Below are positions 1 to 8,584 of a stretch of DNA of 64,000 nucleotides, piece after piece. The stretch is from IMG/VR virus record IMGVR_UViG_3300028844_004984. One strand, written 5' to 3'. Position numbers and translations under genes: made by a program. Position 1 is the first letter of the stretch; each line of letters opens with the position of its first letter. The notes under the pieces were generated by a model. The model ran no database searches. It was not told the DNA's origin and saw nothing but the letters and a program-made list of their open reading frames with translations. This DNA comes from a virus.

Positions 1-207
1 ATGCAGTTATCAGAACCAATAATGGGTTCAGCGATTACATCAAATGTACGAAATATCATTGATACACCAATCAACGGGTTAAATTCTTTTGGATTCAAAA
101 AAGAGTTTATGGTTGATAAACTTTACACTGCGTTTAAGAATGTAGAAACGTGGTTGGTAAATACTTGGGGTGATTTGGATAGGTATTCAAAACAAACCAA
201 AAAATAA
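1..207 (+). CDS. C-terminal fragment of probable 5'-3' exonuclease / T4 RNase H-like protein (5' truncated)
   Basis: Starts at the window edge, directly upstream of the helicase. The MQL...F...F..DKL..AF...WL pattern resembles phage RNase H/flap endonuclease C-termini. Confidence 0.5.
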   Translation: MQLSEPIMGSAITSNVRNIIDTPINGLNSFGFKKEFMVDKLYTAFKNVETWLVNTWGDLDRYSKQTKK

Positions 208-239
208 TTTGGTAAATACAATAATAATTCGTATATTTA
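208..239 (+). promoter_or_regulatory. Bacteroidota-type (-33/-7) promoter
   Basis: TTTGG-N19-TATATTTA; one of 13 copies with identical spacing. Confidence 0.75.
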
Positions 240-243
240 ATCT

Positions 244-1602
244 ATGGATAAACTTGGAAATAAGTTTGGAACAAGCTTTCAGATAAAGATTATATCAGCA
301 CTATTATCCGATAGGATATTTTTACAAACGGTGTACGATATACTCAAACCTGAGATGTTCGATTCTGAGGCAAATGAGTGGCTTGTAACCAAAACGTTAT
401 CACACTTTGATGTATACTCAACGTTACCAACATTAGATGTATTTAAAAACGAAGTAGATAGGGTTGAGAGGGATGTTCTTAAACAATCTATCGTAGATAA
501 CCTAAAGCAAGTTTGGAATCAATTAGAATCTGATGATTTAAATTACGTTAAAGAGCAAACCTTAGAGTTCTGTAAGAATCAAACATTTAAGAGTGCTATC
601 TTAGAATCGGTTGGACTGTTAGAAGAAGGGAAGTTTGATGTAATAAAATCTAAGATTGATTCCGCTATGAAAGCGGGGCAGGATACCGATATTGGACACG
701 AATATAAGGAGAATATCATTGAAAGGTATGAATCTACAGTTAGAGATGTAATCTCTTGTGGATGGGATGTGATTGATGAATTGGTAGATGGTGGGTTTGG
801 TAAAGGTGAACTTATTATGTTCGCAGCACCACCGGGTATTGGTAAATCTTGGGCATTGGTAAATGTTGGAATGGCTGCTGCTAAAAAAGGTAAGACTGTA
901 GTTCACTACACATTGGAGTTGAATGAGGGATACGTGGGTCAGAGATACGATGCAGTATTAACTGGAACTGCTGTACCTAACCTTAAATTTAATATCGATG
1001 ATGTACGAACTCAAGTGGAAGGGCTGAGTGGTGATATCATTGTGAAACATTGGCCTACTAAATCTGCTGGATTGAATACTATGAGAGCATCATTAGATAA
1101 ACTGAAGTTGCAAGGTAAGAATCCTGATGTGATTATAGTAGATTACGCTGATTTGTTAAAGGGTAATAGTAGAAAAGAACGACACGAAGAGTTAGAAGAG
1201 ATTGTAGAGGGATTGAGAGGCATCGCGGGTGAATATGAAGTTCCATTATTTACAGCATCTCAAATCAATCGTAGTGGTGCTAATGATGATGTTATTACTG
1301 GTACTTCTATAGCTGGCTCATTCTCAAAATTGATGACTGCAGATTTTGTAGTTTCATTGAGTAGAAAAATTGAGGATAAGTTAGCTGGAACAGGCAGATG
1401 GCACGTTATCAAAAACCGATTTGGACCAGATGGTATGACTTTACCTTCAAAAGCTAATATGAGTAATGGTAGAATCAATATATATTCCGATGATTCCATT
1501 GATGGTAAACAAGCACAAAGTGATATGTCAAAGGGGGAGAGTTTGGTAAGAAAGAATTTGTTACAAAAATATAATGATATGAAGGGGGATATTGACTTCT
1601 AA
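244..1602 (+). CDS. Replicative DnaB-family helicase (T4 gp41-like)
   Basis: Walker A AAPPGIGKS, TLEL, VDYADLL, TASQINR, KNRFGPDG motifs. Confidence 0.95.
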   Translation: MDKLGNKFGTSFQIKIISALLSDRIFLQTVYDILKPEMFDSEANEWLVTKTLSHFDVYSTLPTLDVFKNEVDRVERDVLKQSIVDNLKQVWNQLESDDLNYVKEQTLEFCKNQTFKSAILESVGLLEEGKFDVIKSKIDSAMKAGQDTDIGHEYKENIIERYESTVRDVISCGWDVIDELVDGGFGKGELIMFAAPPGIGKSWALVNVGMAAAKKGKTVVHYTLELNEGYVGQRYDAVLTGTAVPNLKFNIDDVRTQVEGLSGDIIVKHWPTKSAGLNTMRASLDKLKLQGKNPDVIIVDYADLLKGNSRKERHEELEEIVEGLRGIAGEYEVPLFTASQINRSGANDDVITGTSIAGSFSKLMTADFVVSLSRKIEDKLAGTGRWHVIKNRFGPDGMTLPSKANMSNGRINIYSDDSIDGKQAQSDMSKGESLVRKNLLQKYNDMKGDIDF

Positions 1603-1658
1603 CCACTATATATTATCACCCAAATTAACAAAACAACATCAGAATAGAAAGACGGAAT

Positions 1659-2654
1659 ATGGCACAATTATTTACAGAAAGAATCGCATTTAAACCATTT
1701 GAATACCCAACCTACTACACCGAAGGGTGGTTGAAACAAGCACAAGCATTTTGGTTACATACAGAAATCCCAATGCAGGGTGATTTAAAAGATTGGAATG
1801 AAAATCTAAATGAATCAGAAAAGAACTTGGTTGGTAATATCCTATTGGGGTTTGCACAAACTGAATGTGCCGTATCTGATTATTGGACAACAATGGTGAC
1901 CAAATGGTTTCCTAAGCATGAAATCAAACAAATGGCGATGATGTTTGGTTCACAAGAAACAATACACGCCACAGCTTACTCATATCTAAACGAATCATTG
2001 GGTTTAGAAGATTTTGAGGCTTTCCTACACGAACCTGCAATTGCAGAAAAATTTGAATTCCTAACCGCTACTTCGGCAGATTGGACTCACGAGGATTTAC
2101 AGAAAAATCCTATTGCGAGAAAAGAAGTAGCCCGTTCATTAGCGATATTCTCAGCATTTGCAGAAGGTGTATCTCTATATAGTAGTTTTGCAGTCCTGTA
2201 TTCCTTTCAGATGAGAAATCTTCTGAAAGGAATCGGGCAGCAAATGAAATGGAGTGTAAGAGATGAATCGTTACATTCCAAAATGGGGTGTGAATTATTC
2301 AGAGAAATGTGTAATGAATATCCTGAACTTCACAGTGAAGTTAAAGATGATGTTCATCAGGCAGCAACATATATGGTAGAAATGGAACATAAGTTCATTG
2401 ATATGATATTTGAAATGGGTGATTTAGAGAATCTCAAATCTAAAGACCTAAAAAACTTTATCTCAAAGCGGGGAAATGAAAAGTTAAAAGAATTGGGATA
2501 CGATACAACCTTTGAGTACAACAAAAAATCAGCAGAAGAGTTAGATTGGTTCTATCATCTTACTGGTGGTACTACACATACTGACTTCTTCGCAGTAAGA
2601 CCTACTGATTACTCTAAGGCGAATGAAGGTGAAGATTTTAATGATATTTGGTAA
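1659..2654 (+). CDS. nrdB: Class I ribonucleotide reductase beta subunit
   Basis: FW...E, ETIHATAY (tyrosyl radical region), EGVSLYSSF, RDESLH, HTDFFA..PTDY. Confidence 0.95.
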   Translation: MAQLFTERIAFKPFEYPTYYTEGWLKQAQAFWLHTEIPMQGDLKDWNENLNESEKNLVGNILLGFAQTECAVSDYWTTMVTKWFPKHEIKQMAMMFGSQETIHATAYSYLNESLGLEDFEAFLHEPAIAEKFEFLTATSADWTHEDLQKNPIARKEVARSLAIFSAFAEGVSLYSSFAVLYSFQMRNLLKGIGQQMKWSVRDESLHSKMGCELFREMCNEYPELHSEVKDDVHQAATYMVEMEHKFIDMIFEMGDLENLKSKDLKNFISKRGNEKLKELGYDTTFEYNKKSAEELDWFYHLTGGTTHTDFFAVRPTDYSKANEGEDFNDIW

Positions 2655-2659
2655 AAGTT

Positions 2660-4432
2660 ATGAAGAATTATGGTGAAGAATTAGGTTGGGAAATCGGAGT
2701 AGATTTTCCCGATTGGGCGAATACGGAGATTTATGTTAAAACAATTTCAAAAGGATATCTTCTATCTGGCGAAACGCCTAAAGATGCTTATTGGAGGGTT
2801 TCAACAGCGGTCGCTAGAAGATTGGGTAGACCTCAGCTTGCTAGTAAGTTTTTTGATTATATTTGGCGTGGGTGGCTTAATTTGGCTACTCCTGTACTTT
2901 CTAATACGGGTACTGATAGGGGGTTGCCGATATCTTGCTTCGGAATTGATGTCGGTGATTCGATTCAAGAGATAGGTAGTAAGAATTTAGAAATGATGCT
3001 ATTGGCTAAGCACGGCGGTGGTGTTGGTATTGGTATCAACCAAATCAGACCGGCTGGTAGTAGAATCACTCAGAATGGTACATCCGATGGGGTTGTTCCA
3101 TTCACTAAAATCTACGATTCAACAATCCTTGCTACAAATCAAGGTTCAGTTCGTAGGGGGGCTGCATCGGTTAATCTAAACATTGAGCATGATGATTTTG
3201 ATGAGTGGATTGAGATTCGTGAACCAAAGGGAGATGTAAACCGACAGTGTTTGAACCTACATCAATGTGTGGTAGTGGGTGATAAGTTTATGAGAAGGCT
3301 CGAAGAGGGTGATGGAGAAGCAAGACGTAGATGGGGTAAGGTACTTCAGAAGAGAAAAGCAACTGGAGAACCATATGTTATGTACAAAGGTAATGTGAAT
3401 AAACAAAATCCTGAAGCATACAAACAGAATGGGTTGAAGGTGTTTATGACTAATATTTGTTCAGAAATCACACTTCATACAGATGAATCACATTCGTTCG
3501 TATGTTGCCTATCATCGCTGAACCTATCAAAATATGATGAGTGGAAGAATACCGACCTCATCTACACAGCAACTTGGTTTTTGGATGGTGTACTCGAAGA
3601 GTTCATTCAGAGAGCAAAGAATATGAGAGGATTTGAGAACTCAGTTCGTTCAGCAGAGAAAGGTAGAGCACTTGGATTGGGTACATTGGGATGGCACACA
3701 TATCTACAAAAGAATGGTATCCCATTCGATTCTCTAACTGCTCAGTTTGAAACTCGTAAGATATTCTCACAAATGAAGATTGAATCTGAGAGAGCGAGTA
3801 GAGATTTGGCTGAAGAGTATGGTGAACCACTATGGTGTGTTGGAACTGGATTCAGAAACACTCACCTACGTGCCGTAGCACCAACTGTATCAAACTCTAA
3901 GTTAGCGGGTAATGTATCACCAGGCATTGAACCTTGGGCAGCAAACGTATTCACCGAACAGACAGCTAAAGGTACTTTCATCAGAAAGAACAAAGAGTTG
4001 GAGCGGGTTTTGAGAAAAGTAGGTATCAACAACAAAGAAACTTGGGATAAGATTCTATCCGATGGTGGTTCAATACAAGATATCGAAGCATTGGATGGTT
4101 GGGTATATTGTGATGGTAGAGTGATGAAAGAATCAGAATGTAGTACTGATAGGGATATTGATAAAGTAAAGAATGTTTTCAAAACGTTCAAAGAAATCAA
4201 TCAGTTAGAGTTGGTAAGGCAAGCTGGAGTAAGACAGCAATACATCGACCAATCAGTATCACTTAATCTAGCATTCCCATCTGAGGCAACACCTAAGTGG
4301 TTGAATCAGGTACATATGGAAGCATGGAAGCAGGGTGTTAAAACACTATACTACACCAGAACCGAATCGGTGTTGAGAGGGGATATCGCAGCACAGGCGA
4401 TGGATCCTGACTGTTTGTCGTGTGATGGATAA
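2660..4432 (+). CDS. nrdA: Class I ribonucleotide reductase alpha subunit (short, no obvious ATP cone)
   Basis: PISCF, GGGVG, RRGA, TNICSEI, APTVSNS, GVKTLYY, C-terminal CLSC. Start moved to ATG 2660. Confidence 0.95.
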   Translation: MKNYGEELGWEIGVDFPDWANTEIYVKTISKGYLLSGETPKDAYWRVSTAVARRLGRPQLASKFFDYIWRGWLNLATPVLSNTGTDRGLPISCFGIDVGDSIQEIGSKNLEMMLLAKHGGGVGIGINQIRPAGSRITQNGTSDGVVPFTKIYDSTILATNQGSVRRGAASVNLNIEHDDFDEWIEIREPKGDVNRQCLNLHQCVVVGDKFMRRLEEGDGEARRRWGKVLQKRKATGEPYVMYKGNVNKQNPEAYKQNGLKVFMTNICSEITLHTDESHSFVCCLSSLNLSKYDEWKNTDLIYTATWFLDGVLEEFIQRAKNMRGFENSVRSAEKGRALGLGTLGWHTYLQKNGIPFDSLTAQFETRKIFSQMKIESERASRDLAEEYGEPLWCVGTGFRNTHLRAVAPTVSNSKLAGNVSPGIEPWAANVFTEQTAKGTFIRKNKELERVLRKVGINNKETWDKILSDGGSIQDIEALDGWVYCDGRVMKESECSTDRDIDKVKNVFKTFKEINQLELVRQAGVRQQYIDQSVSLNLAFPSEATPKWLNQVHMEAWKQGVKTLYYTRTESVLRGDIAAQAMDPDCLSCDG

Positions 4433-4453
4433 TAAATTAATCGGAGTAACAAA

Positions 4454-4693
4454 ATGAAGTATTTGTATTTTTCAGCACAATGGTGCGGCCCTTGTAAAAG
4501 CTTGGGGCCAATTATGAACGAAGTATCAACACATATACCCGTTCAAAAAATAGATGTAGATAAAGACTACGAAATGGCACAAAAGTATGGTGTCAGAAAT
4601 GTCCCAACGGTTGTGTTGGTCAATGGTGATTCAGAAATCACTCGTATTATAGGTTCACATTCAAAGCAAAGATATTTGGATGCTATCAAATAA
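4454..4693 (+). CDS. Thioredoxin
   Basis: WCGPC motif, next to RNR. Confidence 0.92.
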   Translation: MKYLYFSAQWCGPCKSLGPIMNEVSTHIPVQKIDVDKDYEMAQKYGVRNVPTVVLVNGDSEITRIIGSHSKQRYLDAIK

Positions 4694-4706
4694 TTTTGTA
4701 TATTAG
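4675..4706 (+). promoter_or_regulatory. Bacteroidota-type promoter
   Basis: TTTGG-N19-TATATTAG. Confidence 0.7.
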
Positions 4707-4711
4707 TAGTT

Positions 4712-5146
4712 ATGAAAGAAGTATTAAATAAACTAAAAGAGTTTCACTCAACGTATGGGCACCCAATCGAATTAGAGCCCACAGCTCAAACAGAAGAAAT
4801 GGCTGAGTTGAGATACAAATTGGCAAAAGAAGAGTTAGATGAGTATTTGGAGGCAAATCAAAACGATGACCCTATTGAAATAGCAGATGCACTAGCTGAC
4901 CAGTTGTATATTTTGTTGGGAACAATGTTGGTTCACGGAATGCATGATGTTATCGAAGATGTGTTCAATGAAGTACATCGTTCCAATATGTCAAAGTTAG
5001 GTGAAGATGGTAACCCCATCTATCGTGATGACGGTAAGGTTATGAAAGGACCAAACTACACTAAACCAGAATTGGGTAGTATTATATCAAACGTTTGGAA
5101 AGAGAAACGAGCTCAGTTAAACATTCCGTTTAATGAGGAAGTTTAG
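4712..5146 (+). CDS. MazG-like / PRA-PH-family NTP pyrophosphohydrolase
   Basis: EELDE, DALAD.LY, EVHRSNMSK, R.DGKV.KG. Confidence 0.85.
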   Translation: MKEVLNKLKEFHSTYGHPIELEPTAQTEEMAELRYKLAKEELDEYLEANQNDDPIEIADALADQLYILLGTMLVHGMHDVIEDVFNEVHRSNMSKLGEDGNPIYRDDGKVMKGPNYTKPELGSIISNVWKEKRAQLNIPFNEEV

Positions 5147-5147
5147 G

Positions 5148-5351
5148 ATGGCCCTAAGAGGAGAATCCCACCCGGCACATAAACTTACTGAGGAGCAAGT
5201 AAACACTATCAGAAAACTATGGAAGATTGGGCATAGGAATGTTAGGGTTTTAGCAAGAAATCATAGCGTATCACCTGCGAATATTCGTAGAATTGTTAGG
5301 AATGAAACTTGGACACATTTGTTAGTGGGTGAGTTTGATAAATACCAATAA
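5148..5351 (+). CDS. Stand-alone HTH DNA-binding protein (HNH-endonuclease C-terminal type)
   Basis: GE.HP.HKLTEEQV..IR...LA...VS...I..I....W.H pattern; ATG at 5148. Confidence 0.7.
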   Translation: MALRGESHPAHKLTEEQVNTIRKLWKIGHRNVRVLARNHSVSPANIRRIVRNETWTHLLVGEFDKYQ

Positions 5352-6109
5352 TGAAGGAAGAGGGAAAGAACTATTGTGATGTATCAAAATTATCAATCCG
5401 ACCGATTTCTAAATCGGTAGCAAAGGGTATCATTATCAACAATCATTATAGTGGGTTGTGGACAAAGGTATCATACGCATTGGGTTTGTTCGTTGAGGAT
5501 GGTTCACATCAGTTTTTTGATTCTACAGATAAGTTGATTGGGGTTGCGTGTTATGGCGACCCCATTGGTAGATTGACTGGGCAATCCATATCGGAAACGT
5601 TAGATAGGACTGAGGTTTTAGAATTAGTTCGATTGTTCGTTTTTGATGGGTATGGTTCAAATATCGAAAGTTGGTTCTTATCACAAACATTTGATTGGCT
5701 GAGAACAAACGTTTCAAAGATAAAAGCACTCATATCCTACTCAGACCCAAAAGAAGGGCACGCTGGGACAATCTATCAAGCAACAAATTGGATTTATCAA
5801 GGTAACAAACTTAGATTCAATGATAGTTGGAGTTTTAAGTTTGAAGAAGATGGAAGATGGATACATGGTAAAACCATATTTCCACAATACAGAACAAACG
5901 ACCCTAAGAAGATACAAGAGCAGGTAAATAAACCTTTTTGGATTCGAAAAGAACCAAGAAAACATAGATACGTTTACATATTAGCTAGGGGCGGTGAGCG
6001 TAGGAAACTACTGAAGAATTTGAAACACCCAACATTTCCATATCCAAAGGGAAGTGAAGATGTTGAGATGGAAGTACATAAATTACAACCAATTGAAAGA
6101 AACGGATAA
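5351..6109 (+). CDS. Mom-like (GNAT-fold) DNA base-modification protein, paralog 1
   Basis: HYSG, GVACYG, ELVRL, N.ESWF, LISYSDP..GH.GTIYQATNW.Y.G, KHRYV: Mu Mom-family motif set. Confidence 0.8.
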   Translation: MKEEGKNYCDVSKLSIRPISKSVAKGIIINNHYSGLWTKVSYALGLFVEDGSHQFFDSTDKLIGVACYGDPIGRLTGQSISETLDRTEVLELVRLFVFDGYGSNIESWFLSQTFDWLRTNVSKIKALISYSDPKEGHAGTIYQATNWIYQGNKLRFNDSWSFKFEEDGRWIHGKTIFPQYRTNDPKKIQEQVNKPFWIRKEPRKHRYVYILARGGERRKLLKNLKHPTFPYPKGSEDVEMEVHKLQPIERNG

Positions 6110-6893
6110 AATATATTGTGATGTATCCAAAGTGCATATAGCACCAATCGCCAAATCGATTGCTAAGGATATCATCGTAAAGAAACACTACACTCACGCG
6201 TGGACTGCGTGTAGATATGCATTGGGCATCTACTATAAAACTGATGGTGATTCATTTCAGTTTGGAGATGATAAACTCATTGGTTGCGCAATATATGGAT
6301 TCCCAGTTGGAGCAAGAGCAGCAACCTCTGTATGTGAGGGATTAACTAAGGATAACGCATTGGAGTTGACCAGATTGTACATCGATGATGGGTATGGTTC
6401 GAATATCGAATCATATGCGATGGGACAAACATTCAAATGGTTGAAAGAAAACGATAAGAACATTAAGTTGTTGATATCGTATGCCGATGCGGGACAGGAA
6501 CACTTAGGTAAGATTTATCAGGCAACTAATTGGATTTATCAAGGGTTATCAACCGACATCGCACTAATGCCAAACTATGGTATCTCACTAACGAAAGACC
6601 CGTACAATTGGATTCATAGTAGAACGGTATATTCACTTTGGGGTAGTTCAAATTTAGACCACCTTAAAAACGAAATTGGTAAAGAGGGGCATAGTGAATT
6701 TTGGAGGAGAATGGAGCCACCAAAACACAGATACATCCAACTATTACCACAAAACAAAAAAGAGAAGAAAGATTTGATTAAACGGTTGAAGCATGAAATC
6801 AAACCATATCCAAAGAATACGGATGATTTTAATACAGAGGTTGTGAATCATAAAACAACTTATGTAGCTGAGAGTACCGAAAGTTTTTGGTGA
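6093..6893 (+). CDS. Mom-like (GNAT-fold) DNA base-modification protein, paralog 2
   Basis: Same motifs (ELTRL, ISYAD..Q.H.G.IYQATNW). TTG start at 6093 aligns MKETDKIYCDVSK with paralog 1 MKEEGKNYCDVSK. Confidence 0.8.
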   Translation: MKETDKIYCDVSKVHIAPIAKSIAKDIIVKKHYTHAWTACRYALGIYYKTDGDSFQFGDDKLIGCAIYGFPVGARAATSVCEGLTKDNALELTRLYIDDGYGSNIESYAMGQTFKWLKENDKNIKLLISYADAGQEHLGKIYQATNWIYQGLSTDIALMPNYGISLTKDPYNWIHSRTVYSLWGSSNLDHLKNEIGKEGHSEFWRRMEPPKHRYIQLLPQNKKEKKDLIKRLKHEIKPYPKNTDDFNTEVVNHKTTYVAESTESFW

Positions 6894-7384
6894 TGAATAA
6901 AGTGTTAGTTCTAAATTCAGATTACACCCCATTGAACGTAACAAATATGCGGCGTGGATTCATTCTTGTGATGAAAGGCAAGGCTGAAATTGTAAAAGAG
7001 GATGTGAACAAAATTGTAACTACGATTGGAGAGTTCGCTAAACCAATAATCATACGATTACTCAATTATATCGGATATCGGAATATGGGTATAAAGGTAA
7101 ATCGTAAACGGATTATGAAGCGTGATGGTTTTGAGTGTGGATATTGTGGTTCGAAAAAGAATCTTACAATCGACCATATCATTCCTAAATCTCGTGGTGG
7201 TGGTAACACTTGGGATAATTTGGTGACTTGTTGTAGTAGATGTAACACAATCAAAGATGATAGGACTCCCAAAGAAGCAGATATGGTATTGAGAGTTAAA
7301 CCACATCAACCATCTATATTTTCATCGGTAATTTCAGATGAAGTGGAAACTGAGTGGATTTTGTACAAAAAAAGTTTCCAATAA
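6893..7384 (+). CDS. HNH endonuclease (McrA/HNH_5 type)
   Basis: VLVLN.DY.P, RD...CGYCG, TIDHIIPKSRGG..TW.NLV.CC..CN..K. Confidence 0.9.
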   Translation: MNKVLVLNSDYTPLNVTNMRRGFILVMKGKAEIVKEDVNKIVTTIGEFAKPIIIRLLNYIGYRNMGIKVNRKRIMKRDGFECGYCGSKKNLTIDHIIPKSRGGGNTWDNLVTCCSRCNTIKDDRTPKEADMVLRVKPHQPSIFSSVISDEVETEWILYKKSFQ

Positions 7385-7385
7385 A

Positions 7386-7417
7386 TTTGGTAGATTGAAA
7401 AACATTCCTTATATTAG
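7386..7417 (+). promoter_or_regulatory. Bacteroidota-type promoter
   Basis: TTTGG-N19-TATATTAG. Confidence 0.75.
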
Positions 7418-7447
7418 TAGTATAAGAGATAAAATGTATGTACCCGT

Positions 7448-8581
7448 ATGAACTTTTGGGATAGTGTAGATTATAACAATGCTAGAAAGGTGTTGGTGAT
7501 ACCTAATATCACTAACTCTTCTAATATTGAAAAAGATTCGTTTATTGATGTGATACATAATCATATCAAAGGACTGGAGAAGTATGGTGAGTACTATTGG
7601 CATGTTTTAGTACCAACTGGAAATGTTACGAAGAAACTAAACTTACCAAATGTGAAACAACATCAGATTGATATTCCAGGTGATATGATGAACCAACGTT
7701 CGTTCCCATCTGATAAGTTGATGAAACTTCTAAAGGATATCGATTATGATGTAATCTATTCACACCTGCCCGATTGGCCTCAAGTCGGTAGATACAAAAA
7801 CGATATCAACACTAAAATAGTTGGGTATTGCCATTGGTGGGAAATGAAGTCCTGTAATGGTGTAGACCGTAGACCTGGTAAAGCAAAGTGGTTGTGGTTA
7901 CCCATCGAACTATTAGGTATATCTCAGATGGAAACCTGTTACTTAAATACACAAGACCAGAAGAATAGGGTGTTGGAAGAGGCGAGAGAAACATTCAATG
8001 AAGAGTTTGTTCAGAAGTTGGATGATATTCTCACTGTTTGGAACTTAGGATTGGAAGAATCCAAAATAGTATCCGAACCAAAATCAGAAAAGGAAAAGGT
8101 GATTGTATTCAACCACCGAGCAGCTGCATACAAGGGGTATCCTAAGTTTATGGAGTTGATGGAAGAATATCGTAAACAGCGACAGGATTTCAAAGTTTGG
8201 ATTCCGCAATTAAATGGTAAACCACCATATGGGTGGGTAGATACTACCAAAGTACCAAAGCATGAGTACTATAAGAGATTGCAGGATTGTACCGTCGGTG
8301 TACAGATGAGGCAAACGAATTATGGTTGGAGCGTGAGTGGTACTGATTGTATGATGAATGGAACTCCAATGATTTGGCAGGAATCCGATTGTTATCACGA
8401 AATCGACCCGAATGGTATGTTCTTCAAATACAAAAAAGAATTCTTTGAGTATTTGGATAAGATGTTAGATGATGAACCATTCCGAAAAGAGCAAGAGTTA
8501 AAATCAGTAGAGAGGGCAAACGAGCTATCTAAGAATGAGGGTAAAATGCTTGGAGAACTACACAAAAAGTTGTATATTTAA
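7448..8581 (+). CDS. GT-B fold glycosyltransferase adjacent to DNA polymerase (possible DNA glycosyltransferase)
   Basis: D.IYSH, VFNHR...YKG, WSVSGTDCMMNGTP (GT4-like E-x7-E equivalent). Confidence 0.7.
   Translation: MNFWDSVDYNNARKVLVIPNITNSSNIEKDSFIDVIHNHIKGLEKYGEYYWHVLVPTGNVTKKLNLPNVKQHQIDIPGDMMNQRSFPSDKLMKLLKDIDYDVIYSHLPDWPQVGRYKNDINTKIVGYCHWWEMKSCNGVDRRPGKAKWLWLPIELLGISQMETCYLNTQDQKNRVLEEARETFNEEFVQKLDDILTVWNLGLEESKIVSEPKSEKEKVIVFNHRAAAYKGYPKFMELMEEYRKQRQDFKVWIPQLNGKPPYGWVDTTKVPKHEYYKRLQDCTVGVQMRQTNYGWSVSGTDCMMNGTPMIWQESDCYHEIDPNGMFFKYKKEFFEYLDKMLDDEPFRKEQELKSVERANELSKNEGKMLGELHKKLYI
8549..8580 (+). promoter_or_regulatory. Bacteroidota-type promoter
   Basis: CTTGG-N19-TATATTTA; ATG of polymerase 12 nt after the start of TATATT. 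Confidence 0.65.
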
Positions 8582-8584
8582 GGT

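Noticed and set aside
6054-6109. Programmed frameshift fusing mom1 and mom2
   Set aside because: A TTG at 6093 gives an N-terminus that aligns with mom1, and no convincing slippery site was seen.
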